Assembly: GCF_018350175.1 (NCBI RefSeq)
Contig: NC_058368.1
Span: forward strand, 24,864,001 to 24,928,000
DNA from: Felis catus
Lineage: Eukaryota
Length of the DNA: 64,000 bases
Direction: 5' to 3'
The notes beneath the pieces are model-generated. The model worked only from the letters and a program-made list of their open reading frames with translations. It was not told where the DNA came from and did not search any database. Below are positions 1 to 12,568 of this stretch, piece after piece; position 1 is the first letter of the stretch; every line of letters begins with the position of its first letter. Both the position numbers and the translations under genes were made by a program.

Positions 1-38
1 ATGCATTTCAGCTTCCACATGCCTAAAAAGTCTTTATT

Positions 39-264
39 CTTTTTTTTTTTAATTTTTTTTTCAACGTTTATTTATTTTTGGGACAGAGAGAGACAGAGCA
101 TGAACGGGGGAGGGGCAGAGAGAGAGGGAGACACAGAATCGGAAACAGGCTCCAGGCTCTGAGCCGTCAGCCCAGAGCCTGACGCGGGGCTCGAACTCAC
201 GGACTGCGAGATCGTGACCTGGCTGAAGTCAGACGCTCAACCGACTGCGCCACCCAGGCGCCCC
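39..264 (-). mobile_element. Young felid Can-SINE (SINEC_Fc-like)
   Basis: Full tRNA-derived head, (CT)n, A-tail; TSD taaaaagtctttatt on both sides. Confidence 0.93.
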
Positions 265-1830
265 TAAAAAGTCTTTATTTCATTTTCATGTTTGAAAGAT
301 ATTTTCTCTGAGTATGGAATTCTAGGTTGGTAGTTTTTTCTTCCAGTACTTTAAAGATAATGTTCTTTGTCTTCTGGCTTGCATTGTTTCTGCTGATAAA
401 TCTGTTGTCATTCTTAACTTCATTCCTTTGTACATAATGTCTTTTTTTCTCTGGCATATTTTCAGATTTTCTCTTTATCACTGGTTTCAAGCAAATTGAT
501 GATGATGGGCTTTGGTGTTTCTCATGCTTGAGGTTTGTTGAACTTCTTGAAACTGAGGGCTTATAGTTTTCATCAACTGTGGGAAATTTTGGTTTTTATT
601 TCCTCAGATACGTTTCCTGTACTACCCAGCGCAGTTTGTTTTTGAGGGACACATATTTGTCCAAATCCACACATATTTGGTCATTTGAAGTTGTCCCAGG
701 GTTCACTGATACTCTATTCATTTTTCCCCTGTTTCATTTTTCCTCACTACGTTTCATTTGGGATCATTTCTATTGCTTTGTCTTCAAATTCACTGAGCTC
801 TTTCTTCTGCAGTGTCTAATCTTACATTGGTTCCATCCAGTGTGTATAGTATTTCTTTTTTATCTCAGACATTATAGTTTTCATGTATAAAAATTTGAGG
901 AGGGTCTTTTAAAAGGCATCTCCCGTATCTCTTTCCTCTACCTTCTTGAACATATAGAGCATAATTATAGTAACTGTTATTTCTGAGTCTGTTTCTATTA
1001 ATTGATTTTTATCTTCATTATAGGTCATATTTTACTGCTTCTTTGCATGCCTACTAATTTTATTGTATGTGAGGCCTTGTGAATTTCACCTTGCTATGGG
1101 CTGGATACATCCGTATGCCTTTAAATATTCTTAAATTTTGTCCTGGGATGCAGTTAAGTTACTTAAACACAGTTTGATCCTTTGCAGGCTAACTTAAAAG
1201 TTCAATTAGTCTTGAGCTAATTTTGTCTCTCAATACTGAGATAATCTCCTGTGAGTACTGAACTTCAGGTTCCATGTATCATGAGGTTTTAACACTCCAA
1301 CTGGTGGGAACCAAATTATCTACAGTGCTGTGTGAGTTCCAAGAATCATTCTGCCCCTTCGTTTCTGACAGCTCTGGTCCACACACACATGTGCTGAGTT
1401 AACTCACTTTACCCAGCTAAAGACCTGAGGCAAACCCTCTGAAAATGTCTGGAGCTTTCTTTCTAGATGAATCTGTCCTTTCCCGGCAGCTCTCCCCTCT
1501 CTGGTATTCTGCCCCACAAATTCCAGGCACCTTGGCTTCCTTGAGGTCTCAATCCTGTCCTGTCAACTCAGAGGGACTACTGTGCTCCGTTTGGGTTCTC
1601 TCTCCCTGCGTTGCAGCCTGGAAACTCTTCGTGTAACACACTGGGATAATCTTAGGGCTCACCAGATTTGCTTTCCTTATTTCAGGGGCAGACTGTTTTG
1701 TGCTTCCTATTATCCAGCATCTGAGCAACATTGTTTCATATGTTTTTCATTGTGTTTGGGTGTTTAAGGCAAAAAAGGAAATCTGGTCCCCGTTACCAGA
1801 CCATGGCCAGAAGCAGAATTTCCTGTTAGT
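265..1830 (-). mobile_element. Ancient L1 fragment (5'/ORF1 region, degenerate)
   Basis: T-rich sequence resembling the antisense of old L1M ORF1; no intact ORF; boundaries approximate. Confidence 0.6.
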
Positions 1831-2280
1831 TCTTCACAAGACAATTTTTGATACCTTTTAGAGTTTAATATAAACTGAATTAATGTGAGAGCCATGTGGC
1901 ATGTTACTTGAAGAAGGTAGAATATAATATGTAAGTAGAAAATAAATTATCGGAAAAGTCAACAATTTTTGGTACAAAACCGTGAGCCTGGGAAGAATTT
2001 AAGAGAGCAAATCTGTAAATATAAAATAGTTTACTTTTAAAATGCTTCACACTTTCCCCCTATACTGATAGCCTTGACCAGGCAGAAATCTTACAACCCT
2101 TAATTAGAACCTATGTTACTGTGGCCTAATTCATTTTCTACCTGGAAGGAAGTTCCAGAGGCCACATGTCACATTACATTATGTCTAACAAGTGAATGAC
2201 AAAGATAAGGCATGTAGCGTCTCTAGGCACTCCAGCTTTATTCCCCAGCCACCGTCTATACATCCTGATACTCATAATGG

Positions 2281-2336
2281 CCCCATAAGTATGTCCCCAT
2301 AAGTATGTCCCCATAAGTATGGCCCCATAAGTATGT
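2281..2336. repeat. 14-bp tandem repeat (ccccataagtatgt) x4
   Basis: Four adjacent copies, one substitution. Confidence 0.95.
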
Positions 2337-2671
2337 CAGGCGATACCGTATAGTCAGAAATGATCATAATGGAGTTCGCTGCCCGATTCACGCGTGCTTT
2401 ATCTGGTGTAGTGCTCAACTACCCATCTCTAACCCGAGGTCTCCTTGAAATTTAAAGGCAGATGTTACAAGGCCCTTCTGGCCCAGAAGACTTCAGAACT
2501 AAAGAAACTTCAGCTCCGTCTTTCATTTTGCTGCGTGCATCTAGAACGTCACTGAAAGTGCCCAAGGGCTGCCCTAACCAGCATATTTTCAGAAACACGT
2601 GTGACCTATTTTCGATTGCCTTTCACATGTGTTTTTAATTTGTAATAGACTGGCTTCAGCTGCTGATTGAT

Positions 2672-2884
2672 TTATTTATTTTTTTAATGTTTTATTTATT
2701 TTTGAGAGAGAGAGAGAGAGAGACAGAGTGAGCAGGGGAGGGGCGGAAAGAGAGGGAGACGGAATCCCAAGCAGGCTCCATGCTGTCAGCGCCGAGCTTG
2801 ACGTGGGGTCTGAACTCACGAACCATGAGATCATGACCTGAGCCAAACGTGGACGCTTAACCAACTGAGCCACCCGGGTGCCCT
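2672..2884 (-). mobile_element. Can-SINE
   Basis: Poly-T, (AG)n, ends gccacccgggtgccc. Confidence 0.9.
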
Positions 2885-4443
2885 GATTGCTTTAAAAAAC
2901 AAAACGAGTCTTTTTAGTTACAATGGTTAAGTTGACTTTTGGGTTTGAATATGAAATAATCTTTGATATTTTCTGTTTTAGTGATTAAAAAAAAAAAAAA
3001 AAACTCAGGCCATTTTGAGTCTTATGAGACCTGGAAATCACTTTGTAATAGCAGCTTTGTTCTGCACATCTTATAGAAACGTGGCCCGATGCCGTACTTG
3101 ATGGCTGGTGTACGTGTGATAAAATCTAGACTGCAGCTGCTGTCCCACCTGGTTAATAAGTCACATTTCTCCTGAGCCTTTACGACAGCATGGTGCATAT
3201 AAGAAAGTGGACAGACAAATGCATTTCTGTTGAAGGCGATGAAATGACTGATAATTATGTAAATGCAACCAGAAGGGATTTTTTTTTTTTCTCTGTGTGC
3301 CACACATTCACAGATCTGTTAAATTTAGAGCTAGTTCTAGCCGGAATTTATTTCATCGGATTGCACAGATGTGCTAATTTGGTCATTTATCTGGCCAATA
3401 AATGGCATGTCATTCCCCGCCCCCCCCCCCCCCCGCCCCGCCCACCAAGAACAAATGAGAGATAGATGTGTGCTTAAACCTCCCTTTCCCCTTCAGTAGC
3501 CTGGGAATTGTTCTCAGATTAGAAAGCTGGCAAATAGTGTGTGTATAAATTTGGAGACAAAAGCTAGATAGGAGGAAGCTGCCGGCAGATGGCAACAATT
3601 AGACTCCAGCAAATGACCAAAGAGGCAGGCAAATGAGGAATTCACCCCAAATCAAACAGGCCGTGGGCAGTGAATTTGGGTTAGGTGCTTGCGAAACAGA
3701 ACACCAGGGCTTGTCCCTCTGGGTCAGACGTTAAATAAATCAAACAAGCATCGGAAGGCAGGAAAGCAAGCCAGTAATCTTCGCAGACCCTCCAGCGCTG
3801 CACATGCCCACGTCATCAATCCTCTTTTGTTGAATCAGGCAGTGGCTGAAGCCAGAGCTCACGACACCCTTTCGCCGTGACAGAGGGCTTTTCAGCACCG
3901 CACAGTTTGCAAACACCAGTGATACTGGGATCCTGTCTAGAAGTTCCAGTTCAACATCAAACATGTTTGATGGCGTGGAGGAAGATGATCAATCTTCCTA
4001 CCAAGGAAAATCCTAGGCAGACATGGGCCAGATGGATTTTTGTTTCAAATTTTGAATCTACAGTTAGTACTCTGTGGACGGTCCAGAATTGAGACTCTGC
4101 CCTAATTCTATCCTTTCTTTTTACCATTTTTACTTCCAGGTGGGTATATGATTCCATTTAAACCGCTACACCTTCCTTGAGGTGGGGGAAAGGCAGTTTT
4201 GTACTCGGCAGAACTCTGGGCCACCCCGAGGGGCCATACTCAGACCCCTGACTGCAGTCAGCTGCCTCCATGATTTTCTGCGTGTCCCTAAGTGTCCTTG
4301 TTCCTTGGTGGCTGGCTATTTGTGTTTGCACAGATAGACTTTTGTGTAGAGGTGAGCCTGTGTGTACCACTTCCTTCCCTGCTTCTGGGAGGAAGGAAGG
4401 TATGCCTTCCTTCCTTCCTTCCCTGCTTCTGTCCACTTAAGGG

Positions 4444-4975
4444 TGTTGGCAGGGAGGCACCACTTCCTCTGCCTTTCACAATCCTTCCAGCCGGCCTAAG
4501 AACCAAATTAACATGAGACCGCTTAGTAGGAGAAAGTCAAATTTAATTTTGTAGGAACAGGAATCCACACAGACATGGAAATTCCAAAGATGGTCAGACA
4601 AAATGAGGTATATACATCCTTCTGAAATAAAGAGACGGGGTTAGGGGTCTGGGACTTCGAAGGGAAGAAACGCAATTGGCGGGAAGGTGAAAAAAAGTAA
4701 ATGTTTGGGAAACAGATGTTTGGTGGGCCACTCAGAATCAATGGACATGGAGAACTTTGATCAAAAAGAACTTTCTAGTTTCCTCCCAATCTACTGCACC
4801 TAGTTCATAGTGTAATGCAATCAATTATCTCTGATGCTGGCCCTCTTCCTGGAGCAGGTCCTCTATCTAAATTTTTTAAGGCCCTCCTAGAGGGAGGTAA
4901 AGAGCTTTTCCTGAATCTGTTGGGTTTTGATGGCTTTTTAACTCAAAATAATCTGTATGCCCTTGGTTCCCTACA
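4444..4975. mobile_element. Possible solo LTR
   Basis: TG...CA bounded segment with LTR-like composition; no TSD confirmed. Confidence 0.35.
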
Positions 4976-6014
4976 CTGTCAACAAAGCAGTATGGGCCTC
5001 CTGACAAAGGGAAGTGAGAACACATCCCTGAGATGAGCGGAGCCTCCAGCAGATGAGCTCAGTTCGCCCCATGAGGCTGCATAGAGACATGACCCGATGA
5101 AGCATGAGTTCATCTGCCTTCTCTTACCACGTTCACCAGGCAGAAATTCCTAAATGTTACAGTAAATGCTCATAAGTCAATACCCCTGCTCACTCTCAGG
5201 GAACACGAAGCCACTTATGCCAAAAACCATCATCTTCATGAACTGATCAAAAACTAGGGCCTTGTTCTAAGAGAGGATCATTTTGAAAAGCTACCTGAGA
5301 CTTACCCCATTTGTATCCTTTACTTCCTTAGCATTTGATCCTATCTCTGGGCCCAGACTAAGCATTTCTCATCTTGACTTTCTCCTTGCTTTCTGTGGGA
5401 GGAAGTCATTTTATTTATTGCACCTACCACTCCAGTCTCTCATTTACTAGAGCTTGAAGCATCTTTTTAATCACCCCCCCACACACACACCCAAAACCCA
5501 ATTCTCATAATAGTATGTGTGAAAGGTGATTCTTATGCTCAGACTAGAGATTCACTTTAGTCCGTGTATGCCTAGTATTTCTCTTTTTATGATAGAAGAA
5601 GGAGACTCTTTTATATTTTTTCCTTTATTATGTTGGCTCTTGGGGTTTTTTTAACATTGAATTGTTTGTCAATTTTTAGGGTTCCTTTACGAAGAGTGTC
5701 ACTGTTTTGAATCCTTTGCTCGGTTTTCCTTCCCTTCTGTTCTTTTGTGCTTTCTCTTCCTACCCAGAGCAATGACTGTGCTCAGAAGGATGTATTTGTT
5801 CTGCATTTCACTATAATAACGATAAAGCTACATTTTAAATTTCCCCAAAAGGAACAAATGTTATTTTTTTTTCCCCACAAACCTAACGGTATCTAGGCTC
5901 CGTGCCGTGGCATTTCTAGAAAGAAAAGAACATTTCTACCCTGGCTATTTTCTGTGTCATTGAATTCCTTAGCAACTTTTCTCCAGAAATCATTCTTGAT
6001 TTTTTTTTTTTCAG

Positions 6015-6138
6015 GTACACCCTGAATATTCTTGAAGAAATTGGAGGCGGGCAGAAGGTCAATGATGACATTATTGTCAACTGGGTGAATGAAACATTGA
6101 AGGAAGCGGAGAAAAGTTCATCCATCTCCAGTTTCAAG
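6015..6138 (+). CDS. LCP1: LCP1 (L-plastin) coding exon, third from last, 124 nt
   Basis: Poly-T/cag acceptor and gtaaaa donor; translates (R)[41 protein letters not shown], plastin CH3-CH4 region. Confidence 0.97.
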
Positions 6139-6989
6139 GTAAAAATCTTAGTCTACCGCTCACAGCCACCTGAGCTCTATGCTAATCTTTATTGTTTTCA
6201 CTCCATTTTAAAGTGACCTTCAGTGTGAGGTATCTGAGTCTCCCTCTCCAATTTTGATTTTGCTTGAATGGCCCATTATTGTTTTGACGGTCACAGGCCA
6301 TTTCATTGACAAATTTCTTGTCATTTTCTCCTGAAATAATTAATTTAAAAAAAAACCCATCGTCTTAGCACCTTATTTTAGGCATGTTTCTTCCAAAGTA
6401 ACATAAAATATAATATTTTTTAAATGTGCGTGGCTCCGTGATTCAGATTTTTAGCATAATGATGGTGAAATGTAAAAAGCGAAAAGATCTCCCGTGTGAT
6501 ATTTTTTCGGAGAAAAGTAGTTGTGTACTTGGATCCAAATCCCATTTTTATTAAAAACAGCATTATATTTTATTAAATTTCTTAACTCGTGTTTCATACA
6601 TTAGTTGGATCCTTCCTCTAGGGACTTGCACACCTGATTCGTGTCATAATGTCTGGACCGTCTTACCTATGTTTTTTTTTAGTTTAAAGGTCAGGAATTA
6701 GAGCAGGGGACCCCTTCAAAGTCTGTATTTCTATGATTGCAGAGGCAGTTTGTCACGATTCAGTCTTCTGCTTCAAAATCAGGAAAACAGCCTTCTGCTT
6801 CAAAATAAAGAAAAAAAATTAAAGTTTCACCCCACCGAAAAGAGTAGGAAGTATTTCTGAGTTGTGCTATACCAAGAGCGCCCATTCCCTGTGAGCTCAT
6901 CACAGATAACGGCTGACCCTTCCGTCTGGAGAACTTACTAGAGGCAGGAGCAGAGGCTGGTGAGAGGTGCAAGCAAGGTCTAACGAAAG

Positions 6990-7135
6990 AAGATTTGGAA
7001 AGGCAGGCTTTGTCAGAGCTACTGGACCCTGCTGTGGTGGCCGGGAAGCAGCTATGGGAAAGTATATATATGAATGGGCATGGCTGTGTTCCAATAAAAC
7101 TTTATTGATAAAAGCAGACAACGGGCCACGTTTGG
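6990..7135 (+). mobile_element. MER58-like hAT DNA transposon fossil
   Basis: Diagnostic gggcatggctgtgttccaataaaactttatt. Confidence 0.75.
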
Positions 7136-7589
7136 GAGCACTCTCAGTATGGAGTGTGCCCTGAGTAGCAGGGGCTCTTTGTTTATGATGTCTCAGGTCA
7201 TCTCACAGACATTGTGAAGACAGCTTTACTGTTTTCCTCATTTTATAGGTAAGGAAACTGGAACTCAAGTAATCGAGGTTACAGCTAGTAATTGCAGGGG
7301 AGGATCCATCAGGGAGCGGAATGCGCCTTTACCTGCAGGGTGAGGTTACTGAGCAGTGTGTATCTCTAGGTCGCTTAACCATTACTATGCAGGGATTGTG
7401 TAGATAGCCCCGAGGTGCAATCTTTCTGTAACACACGTGCCGCTGGGGCCCGCCAGGTCACCCTGGGGCTTCTGGGGCCTTCTCCTGGGACTCACTCCTG
7501 GGAATGTTTGACAGCTCTTTGGTTTCTTGTGTTGCTCTGGGCTAATTTTCTCCTGTCTTCTCACTAAGTCATTATAGAATTGATGAAGT

Positions 7590-7592
<3 letters not shown>

Positions 7593-7628
<36 letters not shown>
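7593..7628. repeat. (CA)n microsatellite
   Basis: Perfect CA run. Confidence 0.97.
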
Positions 7629-7633
<5 letters not shown>

Positions 7634-8061
7634 AAGTCAAATTAGCCCCACATTCTTTTTAAGTGAAACCCTAAAAAACTGAACACACTTCACTCTTGAG
7701 GAACCATTTTGGAAATAGCCCTGGTCCCCTCCTCATCTGTGAATGCCAAGTGCTGGTCATCTCTGCCCATCGGCACTTCGGCAAGATGGTGGGCAGAAAG
7801 TAGGAGAGACGGCCAGACTCAGACCCTTCCATTTTGTTTCCCTTGCGGCTGTTCATCAAGGCTCAGGCTAACGCTGGAAATGGTTGTGATTGCATAGTAA
7901 TTCATTTTTGTGGTAGTTCCCCTATTACCAAGAAGTAAATAAAAATGGACGCTTTATCTTTTTAAAAATATCACTCTTCGTCTTATCCAGAGGACCAGTG
8001 CTAGAGACCTAGCACCTTGCAGGGGTCCTGTAGCTTGTTTCTTACTAAGAATTTATTCTGA

Positions 8062-8272
8062 GGGGCGCCTGGATGGCTCAGTCAGTTAAGGATCTGACTT
8101 TGACTCAGGGCATGATCTCACGGTTCGTGAGTTCAAGCCCCATGTCAGGCTGTCTGCTGTCAGCACAGAGCCCGCTTCGGATCCTCTGTCTCCTTCTCTC
8201 TCTGCACCTTCACTACTCACTCATGCTCTCAATCTGTCTCAAAAATAAAAATTAAAAAAACATTAAAAAAAG
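8062..8272 (+). mobile_element. Can-SINE
   Basis: ggggcgcctggatggctcagtc head, CT tract, A-tail. Confidence 0.9.
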
Positions 8273-8985
8273 AAATTCTTCTGATTTGGACCCTCCAGGT
8301 GTGCAGTGTTTGGACTTGACCGTGCTCAGATGGTGTGGGCAGCTGCCTCTCCATGTGTGCTCACAGGTCCCCGGGATGGGGGAGAGCACGTGGGAGCATC
8401 CACGGCTCTATGCGTGAAAATCACAGTGTTTCACAGGGCCAGAGAAAAGAGCCCAGGATTTTAAGTCCGAGTACCCAGGTTCAAATCCCAGCTCCACCAC
8501 TTAGGAGTGAGGCACTTAACCTCAGAAACTCTCTTCACTCGCTATAAATTAAGACGAGATGCCTATACCTGGGGCTTGCAGTGACACATGAGGTAGCCTA
8601 GGAGAAAGTTCTGGGCAAACAGTGAGGCACCGACAAGTGCTAGTTACCGTCACTGCATTTAATCACACGACTGCCACAACCACCTCCTTAGACCCATGGA
8701 CTCTATTCTTTCCCTGAGGTCTCCAAGAAAGGGGCGCCCTCTGAAACTCCTGCCCAGCAGGGGCCTCATCATGATCCCTGCCAGTCACTTCCGGGATGTC
8801 ATATGAACCTGTTGCCATTCACTGTTTGCCTGTGGGCAGACAGTGGGTTTCCTCAGCTTAGTGAGGCAGGCGCCAGGAAGTTGGTGACGCCCCTACAGAA
8901 GCTACAGTTGACTTGCAACACCGTGTGGAACACTGTGGCATTTCCCAGTGTAGGCTGTATTTATTTCGTATTTAAGACGAAAGAT

Positions 8986-9212
8986 GGGGCGCCTGGGTGG
9001 GTCAGTTGGTTAGGCGACTGACTTCGGCTCAGGTCATGATCTCACAGCTCGTGAGTTCGAGCCCCGCGTCGGGCTCTGTGCTGACAGCTCGGGGCCTGGA
9101 GCCTGCTTCAGATTCTGTGTCTTCCCTCTCTCTACCCCTCCCCCGCTCACGCTCTGTGTCTCCCTGTCTCCCAATAATAAATAAATGTTAAAAAAAAAAA
9201 TTAAAAAAAAAA
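8986..9212 (+). mobile_element. Can-SINE about 85 nt upstream of an LCP1 exon
   Basis: Full length; TSD aagacgaaaga. Confidence 0.93.
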
Positions 9213-9298
9213 AAGACGAAAGAACCAGCCATTTCCCTTGAGCTGAACAGAAGTAACTTGGGGGCATATTGATGGACCAACTCTCTCTCTCTGCGCAG

Positions 9299-9423
9299 GA
9301 CCCGAAGATTAGCACAAGTCTACCTGTTCTGGATCTCATTGATGCCATTCAACCGGGTTCCATTAACTATGACCTTCTGAAGACGGAAAACCTGAATGAT
9401 GAAGAGAAACTCAACAATGCAAA
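9299..9423 (+). CDS. LCP1: LCP1 penultimate exon, 125 nt
   Basis: cgcag acceptor, gtacgt donor; [41 protein letters not shown](K), in frame with both neighbours. Confidence 0.97.
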
Positions 9424-9691
9424 GTACGTAAACAAACCTGAGGCCGGGGAGGCGGGGGACCCAGCTGGCAACTGGATAGCTGTAAAGTCTATTGCTTGTG
9501 CCTTTGCACAGTTTATTGCACTAGCGATGCTTTTTCTTCTCATTATTTACTGTGTCCCATCATCATTATTTTAGATATTGCACAATAGCAGCTGAAGAGT
9601 CCTAGTGTTAAGCATGGGGGCAAGACCAAGAACAACAAGAATATTCTTCCAGTTGAGAAGCAAGCCTATAGTTTCATAAAACCAATGTCTT

Positions 9692-9917
9692 TTTTTTTTT
9701 TTAATTTTTTTTTTCAACGTTTATTTATTTTTGGGACAGAGAGAGACAGAGCATGAACGGGGGAGGGGCAGAGAGAGAGGGAGACACAGAATCAGAAACA
9801 GGCTCCAGGCTCCGAGCCATCAGCCCAGAGCCCGATGCGGGGCTCGAACTCACGGACTGCGAGATCGTGACCTGGCTGAAGTCGGACGCTTAACCGACTG
9901 CACCACCCAGGCGCCCC
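9692..9917 (-). mobile_element. Young Can-SINE (SINEC_Fc-like)
   Basis: Full length; TSD cataaaaccaatgtctt. Confidence 0.93.
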
Positions 9918-10102
9918 CATAAAACCAATGTCTTAATCATAATCTATGGGAGACTTCCTAAATAAGGTACATGGCAGGCCCAAATATAAACATCCCATTT
10001 GTGATTATCCGTGGATATGAATAGGCAGGGGGTGGGGTTCAAGGCCAGAGTCTTTACCAGCTTGAGAGTGGCTCCCTGAGGGCAGCTTTGGCATGTAGAG
10101 TG

Positions 10103-10308
10103 AGGGTCAGCACATGATAGCCTGTGAGCCGAATTTGGTCTGTTGTCCGCTTTTGTAAATAAAGTTTTATTGGCATAGCCGTGCCTGTTCATTTATATAT
10201 TTTCTGTAGCCGCTTCCCTGCTAGAAGGGTGGACTCGAGTCATTGCGACAAAGCCCACAAAGCCTAAAATGTGGGCTCTGTGAGTTTTTGTGGCAAGTTG
10301 GCTGACCC
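10103..10308 (-). mobile_element. MER58-like hAT DNA transposon fossil
   Basis: Terminal inverted ends gggtcagc...gctgaccc; internal aataaagttttattgg. Confidence 0.8.
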
Positions 10309-10341
10309 ATCCTCTGGAGGAGTGCCTTTCTCGGAACAGGT

Positions 10342-10818
10342 TGTATCAGTTTCCGATGGTGGTCGCAACCAAATACCACAAACCGGGCAGCTTAAAACAA
10401 CGGAAATGTATTGTCTCACAGTTGTGGAAGCTAGAAGGACAAGACTGAGGTGTCGGCAGGGTTGGTTCCTTCTGAGGCTGTGAGGGAGGGTCGGTCCCGT
10501 GCCTCTCTCCTCGCTTCTGGTGATGGCCAGCAGTCCTTGGCCAGCAGTCTCTGCCTTCCCCTCCAGGTGATCTTCTTCCCTGTGTGTCTATGACTTTATG
10601 TGGCTGTCTTCCTTCTGTGTCTGTGTCTCCTCTATGACCTCTATGTCACTGGTCATACTGGGTTAGGGCCCCCACTCTACTCCCCACTCTACTCATCGTA
10701 ACTAAGTACACCCGAAACAACTTTCTTTCCAAAGAAGGTCATCATCTGAGTTACTAGGGGATAGGGCTTCCATCTATCTTTGGGCGGGGGAGGGGGGGGG
10801 ACACAATTCAACCCATCA
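10342..10818 (-). mobile_element. MLT1-type (MaLR) solo LTR
   Basis: Typical aaataccacaaac...cttaaaacaac...tctcacagtt and acacaattcaaccc ends. Confidence 0.75.
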
Positions 10819-12378
10819 GAAAGGTCCAGAATTAACAAGTTGAGTAGTGCCCGGCAGCCCTGTATGTTCATAACCTCAATAGTCTTCTTCTTTTCACAGT
10901 TTGGGGAAGTGTAGGTCCTTTGTTCCTTGTATGCTAGAATTACAAATGGCAGTTACAAGAGATGGTGGGGGGAGGGGGTACGGGGTACTATGGAGGGGAC
11001 AGGAAGGGAAACAAAGCTCTACGGAGCAAGTAACGTCTAAGATGAGATAAATTGAAAGGGCAAGTAATAAAGAGGTGGGGGTACCCAGGCGAAGGAGGCA
11101 GAAAGGATGCTAAAGGGAGGAATATGTGTGAAGGCCCAGAAAAAAGAAAAAAAGACTTGGGCCTAGTTTTTCAAGGGGAATGTGATGAGGCTGAAGGAAT
11201 TTGAAGCTCCTCAAGTTCACTTACAGAGCCCAAGGTTGTAGAATCACTAAGTGGTCCAGCTTAGATTCAAAATCTGACTTCAGAGCCCAGGCTCTCGGGC
11301 ACTCTTCTCTAAGGACAGGATACAAAATTACTGAGAAAAATGGGTGAAAGCAATTCTACAAAAATGCCCCCAAATGGCTGTGTTATGGTGGCAAGATTTG
11401 CATGATTTTTTGAGGCTCTTGTTTCTAATTTTTCAACGATTCCCCTCTCCCGTTTATAATGGGAAAATACATTTTTATTCCATTGATCATTAATGTAGAG
11501 GCAGTGATTGAGACATGAACAGGGAGCAAAAAATGGGGACCACTCCTGCCTGAGGCCCTTAATTTAACGTGATCAATAGAGTAAGAGTTAAGTTGGTTTG
11601 CAGAGCAGAGGGCATAATGGGGCCTTGGGTGGCAGGGAGAATCTCTTGAGTCGCCATTGTAAGAGGTTACTACTTACAGGTTATTACTAAGAGGTAATCG
11701 CCGAGGTGAAAAAAAGAGTTTCCAGGTAGTAGTGTGGGCTCATTTGAAAAGAGAGCATAACTCATAAAAATTATCTTCATATAATTACAAAAACAGAGCA
11801 AACTGTTCCACTGGAGCTGTGATAATTTTACGTGAAAAATGGGTACTGTGAAACTCTGGCTATTCTAGTGTTAGAGTAGCATAAATAAATGCATGCCTCC
11901 GTGGGCAACGATTGCCACGGGGCAAAGAATGAAACTGACGCGTGAGGTCCAAGTATGACAGACGCCATCTCCCCTCCTTTCTCCCTCGTGCGCGTGTTTC
12001 TGTCGTTGCAATGCGGTCCGAAGACCTGTCGCAGCACCCGTCCTTTTCAGTCCTATGACCTGTTTTGCTGCCCTGCAGCCCGAGCGGATCCTCTTGGGGA
12101 AGGCATCAGAAGCGGCAGGAGCGAGGGAGGTCCGTAAGGACAGATGAGAGATTTTGTAATTTTGTAATTGTCGTCAGCGGCCGAGCTCGGCTCCCAGAAG
12201 CGGAAGGAGGCTATGACTGGCTCCCGCTGTCCCAGCCGTGAGTCTTGCAGAGCATAGGGCATGTGGCACATGGCGTGTGGTCTGTAGTATGTGGTACGAC
12301 TGTAACTCTGCTCCTAAGGGGTCCCCTTCATCCGCTGTTCCTCAGGCTGCCCTCATCCTTCCTCTTTTCTCCTTTTAG

Positions 12379-12511
12379 GTATGCCATCTCCATGGCCCGA
12401 AAAATTGGAGCAAGAGTGTACGCCCTTCCAGAAGACCTGGTTGAAGTGAATCCCAAAATGGTCATGACAGTGTTTGCTTGCCTCATGGGGAAAGGCATGA
12501 AGAGGGTGTAA
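12379..12511 (+). CDS. LCP1: LCP1 terminal coding exon to TAA stop
   Basis: Polypyrimidine/ttag acceptor; [43 protein letters not shown], the L-plastin C-terminus. Confidence 0.97.
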
Positions 12512-12527
12512 GGCCCAGAGGGGAGGT

Positions 12528-12528
<1 letters not shown>

Positions 12529-12566
<38 letters not shown>
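12529..12566. repeat. (CA)n microsatellite in LCP1 3' UTR
   Basis: Perfect CA run starting about 17 nt after the stop codon. Confidence 0.97.

Positions 12567-12568
<2 letters not shown>

Noticed and set aside
2281..2336. Short direct repeats as a CRISPR-like array
   Set aside because: No spacers, 14-bp unit, mammalian intron
9269..9574. Stand-alone 101-aa ORF with hydrophobic tail
   Set aside because: It is the LCP1 exon plus open flanking intron; canonical splice sites explain it, and intron retention cannot be supported from sequence alone
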